DNA from: a candidate division TM6 bacterium SOIL31
GTDB taxonomy: Bacteria > Babelota > Babeliae > Babelales > Vermiphilaceae
DNA length: 64,000 bases
Direction of reading: 5' to 3'
Assembly: GCA_001468865.1 (NCBI GenBank)
Contig: LDIY01000042.1
Coordinates: forward strand, 22,066-86,065
The notes below the pieces were generated by a model. That model was given only the letters and a program-made list of their open reading frames with translations. It searched no databases and was not told the origin of the DNA. Within the stretch, counting starts at the first letter, position 1. The number at the start of each line of letters is the position of its first letter. This document shows positions 48,341 through 57,286 of the stretch, piece after piece. The position numbers were made by a program, and so were the translations under genes.

Positions 48341-49083
48341 TCTTTATCCTTATCTCTTTTTTTTAAACCTTGTTGCGGTTGTTTGACATACAGATCAAAT
48401 TGATCATGTAACTTTTTAATATAAATGTTGGCAAAAATGCACACGCTAATGGGAAGTAACAATGCAGCAATTAAATTAATCGCTAGAGGAATCTTTGGAG
48501 CAAGCGCAATATCATATGAGGTCAACATTTGCGCAATCAATTGATTGCCTGTCCAACTCGATAGATAAACCACTGCTCCAATAGGTATAACGAGCGGTAA
48601 ATTAAATACCACCATTTTTATTGCATTCCATATTGATAAGAGAAAGTTCTTAAGCCCACCTTCAGAATCGGCAAAGAAAAGAACAGTAAATATATATCCA
48701 TAATAGCTAACCGATGACCACGAAAAAATGGGCACAAATAACCAATACAAAATAATTCTTCCCAATTGTGTATGAAAATAATGCCAGTCCTTTTGAGCAA
48801 TTGAAGGCCGAGTGCTCAAACAACTAGCCAAAAATAATAACTCGAATAACCAATAAGTTATCCGAGTGACACTTAAAATGGCATCTGTCCTCTCCATAAA
48901 AATACGATTGGACAGATCAGGATTAATAAAACATATCCCCATCAATACTATTACCCACCAAAAATAGCGGAAATATAACTTATATACTTCTATTATTGAT
49001 TTAATGGTAACCATTACAAAAAGTTGTAAATTCTTTGGTTTCAATAGCGTCAGTGAGTCGATCCATGATTGAATGAGGGTCAT
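48337..49083 (-). CDS. Polytopic membrane protein, tandem paralogue A
   Basis: MTLIQSWIDSLTLLKPKNLQLF... ...ANIYIKKLHDQFDLYVKQPQ. 4-nt overlap with paralogue B. Confidence 0.7.
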   Translation of the reverse strand: MTLIQSWIDSLTLLKPKNLQLFVMVTIKSIIEVYKLYFRYFWWVIVLMGICFINPDLSNRIFMERTDAILSVTRITYWLFELLFLASCLSTRPSIAQKDWHYFHTQLGRIILYWLFVPIFSWSSVSYYGYIFTVLFFADSEGGLKNFLLSIWNAIKMVVFNLPLVIPIGAVVYLSSWTGNQLIAQMLTSYDIALAPKIPLAINLIAALLLPISVCIFANIYIKKLHDQFDLYVKQPQQGLKKRDKDKE

Positions 49084-49155
49084 TCTTAGTTCCTGCTTTT
49101 ATATGTTAACTTACCTTTACCTTATAAAAGATTTGCTCTTTCGACAAGAGCATCC

Positions 49156-49521
49156 TCATTCGTAGATAGGTTCATTGTGCTCCAATGCATACAAACAGCG
49201 CTGCGCGTCTTCAGGCTTAACACCACCCTCTTCCTCTAATTCTTCCAGCATCTGAATAACGCTTGTAATACAATCGGCATCTTCATCTGCGCACGTAAAA
49301 TAATCGGAAAACCAGACAAAATGGACCCAGTCAAAAATATCTTCCTGAGTAATACGCTCCTGCTTAAAACGCTTGAACAGATGAACGAGATGTTCACGCT
49401 CAATGATTATTGGGTCTTCCAAGAGATCATTTTCATCTTCATAGGTCAAAGGAGGCATATCATCTTTGTTTAATTTTAAATCTCTTACTTTTTCCAGTAA
49501 TTCACGATATTTGGTCGCCAT
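49156..49521 (-). CDS. Hypothetical acidic cytoplasmic protein
   Basis: Clean 121-aa ORF; no recognisable domain. Confidence 0.55.
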   Translation of the reverse strand: MATKYRELLEKVRDLKLNKDDMPPLTYEDENDLLEDPIIIEREHLVHLFKRFKQERITQEDIFDWVHFVWFSDYFTCADEDADCITSVIQMLEELEEEGGVKPEDAQRCLYALEHNEPIYE

Positions 49522-49691
49522 TGTTTCCCTTTAATGCTTTATTTTTTTTCTATAATATAGTGTACACAAAGATATTTTTAACACAAAAAGGCTTTAATAA
49601 GCCTTTTTACCCCCCTAATACTATAGTATTAGACCCTCAAGAAAGAATCCCCCCTATAGAACCAAACTATCATATGGGGGCTATAAATTAT

Positions 49692-49721
49692 TTGACTTTT
49701 TGAAAATACATATTTTATTAT
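49692..49721 (+). promoter_or_regulatory. Candidate sigma70-type promoter for topA
   Basis: TTGACT (49692-49697), 18-nt spacer, TATTAT (49716-49721), about 43 nt before the ATG. Confidence 0.35.
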
Positions 49722-49764
49722 ATAAGAAGAATGCAAAACACAAACATCGCCTAAAAAGATAAAT

Positions 49765-52014
49765 ATGAAAAAGTTAATCATTGTTGAATCACCATCAAAA
49801 ATCAAAACTATTGCCAAGTTGCTGGACAAAGACTATGTCATTATGTCCACCATGGGGCATATTAAAGACTTGCCGTCAAAAAAGATTGGTGTTTCCATTG
49901 ATAAAAATGGCGTCTCTATAGAGTATGTCGTACTTGATGGCAAAGAGCAAACAATTGCCAGCATCTGTAGACAGGCATCTACCTGCGATATCATCTATCT
50001 CGCACCCGATCCTGACCGGGAGGGAGAAATCATAGGATGGCACATCGCCCAAGAAATTGCAAAAGTAGCCAAAAAAAATGCCCAAATATTTCGCATCAGT
50101 TTCAATGAAATAACTGAACCAGCCATTATAGAAGCAATCAGTCACCCCGGTGATCTTAATATGAAACTCGTTGAAGCTCAACAAGCCCGCCGCGTTCTGG
50201 ACCGCTGGGTAGGATATGAAGTTTCTCCTATATTATGGAGAAAAATAGCAAAAGGCCTTTCAGCCGGGCGTGTTCAATCAGTAGCATTACGCATGATCTG
50301 CGACCGAGAAAAATCAATCCGCAACTTCGTCCCTGAAGAATATTGGAGCATTACCGGCAACTTCGCTCATAATAAAGCAATGATTGCAGCACCTTTGACC
50401 AATATCGGCAAAGAAAAAGCAGAAATTAAAGATGAAAAAACCGCTCAAAAAGTTGTTGAATCACTCAAAAAAGAAAATTACGCGATCGATTCAATCACTG
50501 ATAAAGTACGTATCAGAAACCCGCTTCCCCCTTTTATGACCAGTACCTTGCAGCAAGCTGCATATAATTTACTTGGCTTTTCAGTAAAAAAAACAATGCA
50601 AATTGCACAGCATCTGTATGAAGGCTTGCCTCTGAAAGATCCTAGTTCACCCGTGGCACTCATTACCTATATGCGTACTGATTCATTGCGTATAGCAGAT
50701 ACAGCCTTGCAACAGGTACGTGGGTATATTAATAAAAATTATAAAGCTGATTATTTGCCGGCCAAAGCAAATGTATTTGCTAAAAAAACAAAAGCAAAAA
50801 CACAAGACGCCCATGAAGCAATTCGTCCCATTGACGTAAATATGTCACCCGAAAAAATTAGACAATATCTTCCGCCTGATGAAGCAAAGCTCTACGATCT
50901 TATTTGGAAACGCTTTGTAGCATGCCAAATGAAACCTGCAGAATATGCACAACGTCAAGTAACCATTAAAGGTGGCATTTATACCTTCAAAGTCACCGGC
51001 TCAACACTTATCTTTGATGGATTTTTACAGGTCTATCAAGAAGAGGAAGAAGGTGAAAAAGATGAAAAAATTGCATTACCAGCAGACTTGAAAGAAAAAA
51101 ATCCTCTTGCGTTGAAAAAGGTTGATCCTAAGCAACATTTTACTCAACCTCAACCACGATTCACTGAAAGCTCGCTCGTTAAAGAATTAGAAAAAGAAGG
51201 AATTGGCAGACCAAGTACGTATGCAACTATTCTTAACACCATCCGTGCGCGTGCATATACAGCTCTTGAAAAAAAGAAATTTGTGCCTACAGAATTAGGA
51301 ATGGTCGTCACTGATTTGCTCGTTAAAAACTTACCAGAAATTATGGATCCTAAGTTTACCGCGCTCATGGAAGAAGAACTTGATAAGGTTGCACACGGAG
51401 AATTGGAGCGCGATATCTTGTTGAAAGACTTCCATAAAACATTTGAAAAAGATCTTGCAGAATTTATGGGTAAAGATGGCGGTAAAAAAGCAGTTGAAAC
51501 TGAAATCATGTGCCCACAATGCAAAAAACATAAGCTCGCAATACGTTTTAGTAAAACAGGCGAATTTTTAGGATGTACCGGTTTTCCTGAATGCCATTTC
51601 ACTTCTAATTTTACGCGCGATGAAAAAGGCACTATTGAACTGAAAGAGGTAGAAGCTCCCAAATTGCTTGATAAAAAATGTCCAAATTGTGGCAAACAGT
51701 TACGCCAAATGCACGGTAAATTTGGAGACTTCATTGCATGTTCTGGATATCCTGAATGTAAATATATCGAACGCAAAACATTACCATTCAAATGCCCATT
51801 ATCGGGCGATGATATTATTGAACGCGCATGGCGCGGCGGTAAATTCTGGGGCTGCTCTGGCTATCCAAAATGTAAACTCGCAATTTTTGATCCGATTGAA
51901 GAAACTCCCTGTCCGCAATGCAAATGGCCCTTCTTGACGAAGAAGACGAACAAGGATGGAGAATCTACATTGATTTGTGTGAATAAGGATTGTGGTTATA
52001 AATCCCAGCAATAA
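49765..52014 (+). CDS. topA: DNA topoisomerase I
   Basis: TOPRIM LIIVESPSKIKTI. Active-site Tyr region LITYMRTDS. Several C-terminal CxxC...CxxC zinc ribbons. Confidence 0.96.
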   Translation: MKKLIIVESPSKIKTIAKLLDKDYVIMSTMGHIKDLPSKKIGVSIDKNGVSIEYVVLDGKEQTIASICRQASTCDIIYLAPDPDREGEIIGWHIAQEIAKVAKKNAQIFRISFNEITEPAIIEAISHPGDLNMKLVEAQQARRVLDRWVGYEVSPILWRKIAKGLSAGRVQSVALRMICDREKSIRNFVPEEYWSITGNFAHNKAMIAAPLTNIGKEKAEIKDEKTAQKVVESLKKENYAIDSITDKVRIRNPLPPFMTSTLQQAAYNLLGFSVKKTMQIAQHLYEGLPLKDPSSPVALITYMRTDSLRIADTALQQVRGYINKNYKADYLPAKANVFAKKTKAKTQDAHEAIRPIDVNMSPEKIRQYLPPDEAKLYDLIWKRFVACQMKPAEYAQRQVTIKGGIYTFKVTGSTLIFDGFLQVYQEEEEGEKDEKIALPADLKEKNPLALKKVDPKQHFTQPQPRFTESSLVKELEKEGIGRPSTYATILNTIRARAYTALEKKKFVPTELGMVVTDLLVKNLPEIMDPKFTALMEEELDKVAHGELERDILLKDFHKTFEKDLAEFMGKDGGKKAVETEIMCPQCKKHKLAIRFSKTGEFLGCTGFPECHFTSNFTRDEKGTIELKEVEAPKLLDKKCPNCGKQLRQMHGKFGDFIACSGYPECKYIERKTLPFKCPLSGDDIIERAWRGGKFWGCSGYPKCKLAIFDPIEETPCPQCKWPFLTKKTNKDGESTLICVNKDCGYKSQQ

Positions 52015-52023
52015 TGTATTAAG

Positions 52024-52066
52024 AGAGCGAAGCGGATAATAATTTTCTCATTATCCGCTTCGCTCT
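52024..52066. terminator. Strong terminator hairpin between convergent genes
   Basis: 17-bp perfect stem AGAGCGAAGCGGATAAT / ATTATCCGCTTCGCTCT. Confidence 0.75.
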
Positions 52067-52092
52067 TACTTATCATTTTAACTTTATTTTAT

Positions 52093-53121
52093 TTATTTAG
52101 TCCCATATTCTTTCTCATACAACCTTTTCAAATAATCGGCGCTCTTTCTTATTTTTATAACGTCTTCTTCCGATAAAAATCCCTTTGCAACCAGTTTGCT
52201 CAGCTTTGCGGGATCAAAATTATTCATAAATTTTTCATATTCCGCACGAACATAGCTAATATATTTCTCAGGCTCAACGTTATCGCCGAACGAAAATAAA
52301 TTCAAGCACTTCCTCAAAGAATTCGGTTCTAATTGAATTGGTTTATGCGGTTGAGCATTATATTTGGCATACGCTTCTTTTAAACGTTTTCCATACAATA
52401 TTGTCCTAGAAACATCTTCCTGTGACAATTCTCCCTTTTTTACTTCTTCTTCTATATTTTGGGGGTCATAATACTCAATCTGCTTAATATACTCATTATG
52501 AATCTGTTGATCTGATGCATCTTCTGGCAATTTTAAACGTTTTTGTATGGATTTTGATGCTAAACTATCTATATTGTCTAAAATCATCATATATGCTTGA
52601 ATGACAAATTTATTTCTCCCCACCAACATGAAACGATAAGGAGATCTTCTCCATACATCTTCAATATTGTCGAAGTATTGGATTTTTAATTTCAGATTCT
52701 CCACAGCACTTTTAAGTTCAGAAAACCCACTTGTATCGAAAAAATCTCCCGATTGATTTTTTTTATATTTATTATAATCATCGATTGAATCATAAACAAT
52801 GAAGGGCTTATCAATAATATCTTTATATCGATTTATAAAATTACTATAATTGTGCACAAACTTATCCACAGCTGATTTTGTCCAAGGAATCCATGTTTTC
52901 TTAAACAGACTATGTATATATGAATTAGTTCCTATATACATACGCCGTACACGATCCTGAGTGGTTAATCTCTTCCACGATACAACCCAATCAGGAAGAT
53001 AATCAGTAAATTTGCGTGGATTGAGAATAATCTCATAAGAATTGTTTGCTTGTATTTGCATTGAAGATAAAGTTACAAACACACCCATTCCAAATAAAAT
53101 TTTTTTTATTATCATTGTCAT
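52093..53121 (-). CDS. Hypothetical exported protein (leader-Met family) with two C-terminal internal repeats
   Basis: Leader ...VTLSSM. Two ~55-aa repeats: ...YYDPQN...GELSQEDV...LKEAYAKY and ...NFDPAK...GFLSEEDV...LKRLYEKEY. Confidence 0.65.
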   Translation of the reverse strand: MTMIIKKILFGMGVFVTLSSMQIQANNSYEIILNPRKFTDYLPDWVVSWKRLTTQDRVRRMYIGTNSYIHSLFKKTWIPWTKSAVDKFVHNYSNFINRYKDIIDKPFIVYDSIDDYNKYKKNQSGDFFDTSGFSELKSAVENLKLKIQYFDNIEDVWRRSPYRFMLVGRNKFVIQAYMMILDNIDSLASKSIQKRLKLPEDASDQQIHNEYIKQIEYYDPQNIEEEVKKGELSQEDVSRTILYGKRLKEAYAKYNAQPHKPIQLEPNSLRKCLNLFSFGDNVEPEKYISYVRAEYEKFMNNFDPAKLSKLVAKGFLSEEDVIKIRKSADYLKRLYEKEYGTK

Positions 53122-53204
53122 ATCCTCTTATTTTTAGTAAGTAATATCTCTATTCAACCATACACACATTATATTCAAATATACAATCCAATATCAATGG
53201 TCAA

Positions 53205-53236
53205 AGAAAAAGGCTGATAAATTCAGCCTTTTTCTT
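53205..53236 (-). terminator. Rho-independent terminator
   Basis: AAAAAGGCTGA-ataaat-TCAGCCTTTTT. T-run on both strands. Confidence 0.7.
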
Positions 53237-53273
53237 AAAATTTAGGTACTTCTTCTTAAGCTAGTAATCAATC

Positions 53274-53720
53274 TTACTTCATTCTTTTTTTAATATACTC
53301 TTCTACCACATCATTTTCTAATTTACTTTTAATATATTGAATGGTGGCTTCTTTTTTGGCTTTTGCTGAATCACTTGAATCTTTTAAACTCAAACTTAAT
53401 ACATAAAGCGCCTCCATCCATGCTTCATCTACCTGTGCAAGCAAACCAGCATTTTGAGTAAAAACATCTTTATTTCTTAATAACCAGGCATCATGCTCTG
53501 CAATAATAGTATATGCTTTACGTCCAAAAGAAAGCGTCCCTTCATCTCCCTCACACAAAGCTATTACCTGCTCAATGCGATCAGCATTTTCCTTCATGAT
53601 CTGCGCGATTGGGTCTGCGGAACTTATAGCACTTGGTTGATATTGCCAATACCTTATTATCAAGCCTACACTGAGCAAAGCAATTGAAATTGTTAACAAA
53701 ATCAGACATAATTTTTTCAT
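53274..53720 (-). CDS. Hypothetical N-terminally anchored protein
   Basis: 148-aa ORF with a single N-terminal TM. Confidence 0.6.
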   Translation of the reverse strand: MKKLCLILLTISIALLSVGLIIRYWQYQPSAISSADPIAQIMKENADRIEQVIALCEGDEGTLSFGRKAYTIIAEHDAWLLRNKDVFTQNAGLLAQVDEAWMEALYVLSLSLKDSSDSAKAKKEATIQYIKSKLENDVVEEYIKKRMK

Positions 53721-53830
53721 TGAAACTCCTATTGCATCAAAAAAAATAACACTTTAATAGTGTAGCGCCAATATTTATTAAAGTATAAGGGTTATAAATC
53801 TTGATTGCTTGTTAGAAATTTTTATGGAAT

Positions 53831-54259
53831 TTATTCGGATTCTTTTTTCGGTGGTTCTATCTTGAATACATTTTTGTCTGGCAATTGCGGTGTAACAGGA
53901 CTCGAAGGAACAAAATAATTCTGTACATATTCCCATGCTTTTTTTAATCCAGGAACAAATCTATCAACTCGGATTAAGAAAATTGGTATTCCAATAGCAT
54001 AACCCAAAGATATCCACATGGCAGTTCTTGCTAAAGACGAAGCCGTAGGCGTCAAAATATCTTTTCTCCAGGTTGGATCATTCCATTGTCGCGGTTCTGT
54101 TAAAAATTTTTTATGGGTCACAAGACTTTTTGGTAAAGGAACTTGTTTTATTCGCGCAGATCCCGTCTTGAGTAACTCCCTCATAGCGTGTACAGGAAAG
54201 GTACTACCAACAAAAATCAACACAAATAAAATCTTCTTCTGTTTCATTGATTTTTTCAT
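53831..54259 (-). CDS. Small membrane/exported protein (leader-Met family)
   Basis: Leader ...STFPVHAM, then RELLKTGSARIKQVPLPKS. Has a later TM segment. Confidence 0.6.
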   Translation of the reverse strand: MKKSMKQKKILFVLIFVGSTFPVHAMRELLKTGSARIKQVPLPKSLVTHKKFLTEPRQWNDPTWRKDILTPTASSLARTAMWISLGYAIGIPIFLIRVDRFVPGLKKAWEYVQNYFVPSSPVTPQLPDKNVFKIEPPKKESE

Positions 54260-54339
54260 AAAAGTAGACCCTTATTTTAAAATAGTTTATATCCTTATGC
54301 CTATTATAAAATAAAGGTCTTAATCAATTAAAATACAAT

Positions 54340-56355
54340 TTACTTCAACCGCACGCCATTCTTCACTAACTCAGGAAATTGCACCACCCGGGAATTACCA
54401 TTTTCATCTTCTGCAACAAGCATCATCCCTTGCGATTCCATTCCTGCCATTTTACGCGGTTTTAGATTGGTGATAAATAATCCTCGTTTACCGATAAGTT
54501 CTGCTGGCTCATATGATTTTCTGATGCCTGCTAAAATGGTGCGTTTACCCATACTACCAAGATCAACAGTCATCTTAAGTAATTTATCGGAACCTTCCAC
54601 TGCTTCGCATGCTTCAATGGTCCCAGTATGTAATTCAACTTTCATCACATCATCAATAGTAATGTAATTATCTTGTGATACTTTTACTTCTTCTTGCGGT
54701 AACATCGATTGTCCTTCTTCTATCGGTTCGGGCCCACCGTCGCTAAAGCTATGGCGGACTTCGCCTGTAGCCTTGGCTAAGGCTTGCTTTTCAAACAATG
54801 TTGGAATTTTTTTCAAGGTAAATGTTTTATTCCACTTACATAAATCATCTATGTTTTTGAATGCATGTTCTTCTAATTTAAACCTTATTCCAAGACTGAT
54901 AAGCAACTCTTCCATTTTATGTGGCATTACTGGCCATAATAAAATAGCAATCATATACAAGCTATGACACGTATCGGAAAGTACCGTCATAAACATCTGC
55001 GGATCAGTTTTAGCAATTTTCCATGGTTCCACCTCGTGAAAAGATGTATTTGTTGCATGAATAAATTTCCACAGTGTTGCAAGCGCATGATGGAACATAT
55101 AATTATTCATATGGCCAGCAAATTCTTCGACTAAAACAAAAGCATCCGCATTCAAACATAGTGAGCTAACTCTAGTCATACCTTCTTGCGGCACAACGTG
55201 CATCACACCATGCTTTTCTGCCAATGCAACCATACGATTCAATAAATTACCTAAATCATTGGCGAGATCAGATTCAATGCGGTTTTCAACATCAGCAATG
55301 CTAAAATCACCATCTTGGTTGATCGGAATTTGGCGTAATAAATAATATCTGATTGGATCAGTACCATATTTTTTCTGCAATTCAATTGGATCAATCACAT
55401 TACCTAAAGATTTTGACATCTTTTGTTTATCAACCTTAATCCAACCATGCACTAATAATCTTTTTGGCAGTGGCAAATCAGCAGCCATCAAAAGCGCGGG
55501 CCAATAAACCGCATGAAAGCGAATAATATCTTTACCCAAAACTTGTACATCTGCGGGCCACCATTTACGCAGTTCATTTTCACAACCTGGTTGACCGTAA
55601 CCAACACCCGTGATGTAATTGGATAATGCCTCTACCCACACATAAATAGTATGCAATGGATCTTGTGGAAACGGCACCCCCCAACGCACGGTTGTGCGAG
55701 AAATGCTTAAATCTTTTAATCCTGATTCAACAAAACTGGTAACTTCATGAGTGCGTTCTTTTGGTGCAATAAAATCAGGATTATTTTGGTAAAATGCAAG
55801 AAGTTTATCGGTGAACGCTGATAATTTAAAAAAGTAACTTTCTTCAGAAATGATGTGCGTATCACGTCCACATGTTGGGCATGATGGTCCTTGCACCACT
55901 TCTGTGCCCTTCGTAGCCTCTGGCGAAGTAGGGTCCTCCGTGATTTCTGCAACAAACGTTTCGCACGGCGTGCAATACCACCCTTTATAGACTGATTTAT
56001 AAATGTAACCTTTATCGATCAAAACGGTGACCAGATGCTGCGCCCCTTTAATATGATACTGATCAGTTGTACGCATAAACTTATCATATTTAATATCGTA
56101 AAGTTGCCATGCATTTTTAAAATCAGGAACAAAGCTATCAATAAAATCTTTAGGAAGTTTTCCCGCTTTTTCTGCTGCTTGTGCTATTTTTTGCCCATGC
56201 TCATCTGTGCCTGTTAGGAAAAAAACATCTTTACCTTGCAGTTTATTCCAGCGCGCAAGCGCGTCAGCAAGCAATGTTGAATAAAGTGACCCTAAGTGGG
56301 GCTTTGCCGTAACATAATAAATGGGGGTTGTTACATAAAATTTATTTTTTGCCAT
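54340..56355 (-). CDS. metG: Methionine--tRNA ligase with C-terminal tRNA-binding domain
   Basis: HIGH-type PHLGSLYS, KMSKS, C-terminal EMAP/Trbp111-like domain (KLLKMTVDLG). Confidence 0.96.
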   Translation of the reverse strand: MAKNKFYVTTPIYYVTAKPHLGSLYSTLLADALARWNKLQGKDVFFLTGTDEHGQKIAQAAEKAGKLPKDFIDSFVPDFKNAWQLYDIKYDKFMRTTDQYHIKGAQHLVTVLIDKGYIYKSVYKGWYCTPCETFVAEITEDPTSPEATKGTEVVQGPSCPTCGRDTHIISEESYFFKLSAFTDKLLAFYQNNPDFIAPKERTHEVTSFVESGLKDLSISRTTVRWGVPFPQDPLHTIYVWVEALSNYITGVGYGQPGCENELRKWWPADVQVLGKDIIRFHAVYWPALLMAADLPLPKRLLVHGWIKVDKQKMSKSLGNVIDPIELQKKYGTDPIRYYLLRQIPINQDGDFSIADVENRIESDLANDLGNLLNRMVALAEKHGVMHVVPQEGMTRVSSLCLNADAFVLVEEFAGHMNNYMFHHALATLWKFIHATNTSFHEVEPWKIAKTDPQMFMTVLSDTCHSLYMIAILLWPVMPHKMEELLISLGIRFKLEEHAFKNIDDLCKWNKTFTLKKIPTLFEKQALAKATGEVRHSFSDGGPEPIEEGQSMLPQEEVKVSQDNYITIDDVMKVELHTGTIEACEAVEGSDKLLKMTVDLGSMGKRTILAGIRKSYEPAELIGKRGLFITNLKPRKMAGMESQGMMLVAEDENGNSRVVQFPELVKNGVRLK
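54731..54785. repeat. Hairpin-repeat unit embedded in-frame in the metG linker
   Basis: Contains TCGCTAAAGCT (identical to 37820-37830) and CTATGGCGGAC (compare CTACGGCGGAC at 37570-37580). Encodes ALAKATGEVRHSFSDGGP. Confidence 0.6.
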
Positions 56356-57283
56356 GTTTTTTTCGTTTCATTTGTTTTGTGTTTTTTTGTTGAAGTATCT
56401 TTTTTTCAAGAGTTTCAATGCGCTTGGCGTTCATTTTATTATAAATATAACCTTCAATTTCCGTGAACGTTATCAACATCGTTTTATATCTGATAAAATG
56501 CACCGCCTCTTCAAGAGGGGTTATTAATCGAGCACCAGCATTTTTTCTGCATGTTTTCATCTGGGCTCTTTCAGTAAGTTCTTTAATATCAAACCAACGA
56601 GCAATATCTTCTGCTTTCTTTTGATCGTTATCGAAATATATATCTACTAAATATTTTGCTATTGTTAAGTATTCATGCCGTAAATCACTTATCGCATCCT
56701 GTACCTTATCTGCATTACGCGCAGAAAGATCAGGAGAGATACCTGTAGCATACAACGATGAAAAACCTATCGTCATGCTTCCAAACCAAGAAACTGCCGC
56801 CGGCGTTAAAATGGTTGATGCTGAAGACAAACAATCATGTAATGTTCCATTAACACATTGCAAAAAACTCACCGCCGAAACAAAAGGAAATCCCGAGGCT
56901 GCAGTAATAATTACACCATTAATCCAAAAACACCGTCCCACCCACTGCTTTATTCCTTCTGCACGATCAAATTTCTTTTGTTGCACACAGGTAAAGAGTG
57001 TTTTTGATTTGTTACCTTCTTTGCTTATGGTGGATAAATAGAGTAAATGCTCCAATGAAGAAGCATTCGAATGTAAGCAAGATTGTGCTTTAAGTGATTC
57101 TCTTAATTTTTGCAAACCTGCAATATCAGGAATATTTTTAATTTCTTCACTATATCTATTGCACCACAGACTTTGCCGCGGTGGTATATTCACCAAAATG
57201 TCGTTACGTTCTATGGGTTGCATAGCATAAAAAGAATGCATGCACACTACCATGATGAGTAAAAAAGATCTCACATACCGCAT
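56342..57283 (-). CDS. Hypothetical membrane protein (leader-Met family)
   Basis: Leader ...CMHSFYAM. Central hydrophobic region. 14-nt overlap with metG. Confidence 0.6.
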   Translation of the reverse strand: MRYVRSFLLIMVVCMHSFYAMQPIERNDILVNIPPRQSLWCNRYSEEIKNIPDIAGLQKLRESLKAQSCLHSNASSLEHLLYLSTISKEGNKSKTLFTCVQQKKFDRAEGIKQWVGRCFWINGVIITAASGFPFVSAVSFLQCVNGTLHDCLSSASTILTPAAVSWFGSMTIGFSSLYATGISPDLSARNADKVQDAISDLRHEYLTIAKYLVDIYFDNDQKKAEDIARWFDIKELTERAQMKTCRKNAGARLITPLEEAVHFIRYKTMLITFTEIEGYIYNKMNAKRIETLEKKILQQKNTKQMKRKKHGKK

Positions 57284-57286
57284 CTT

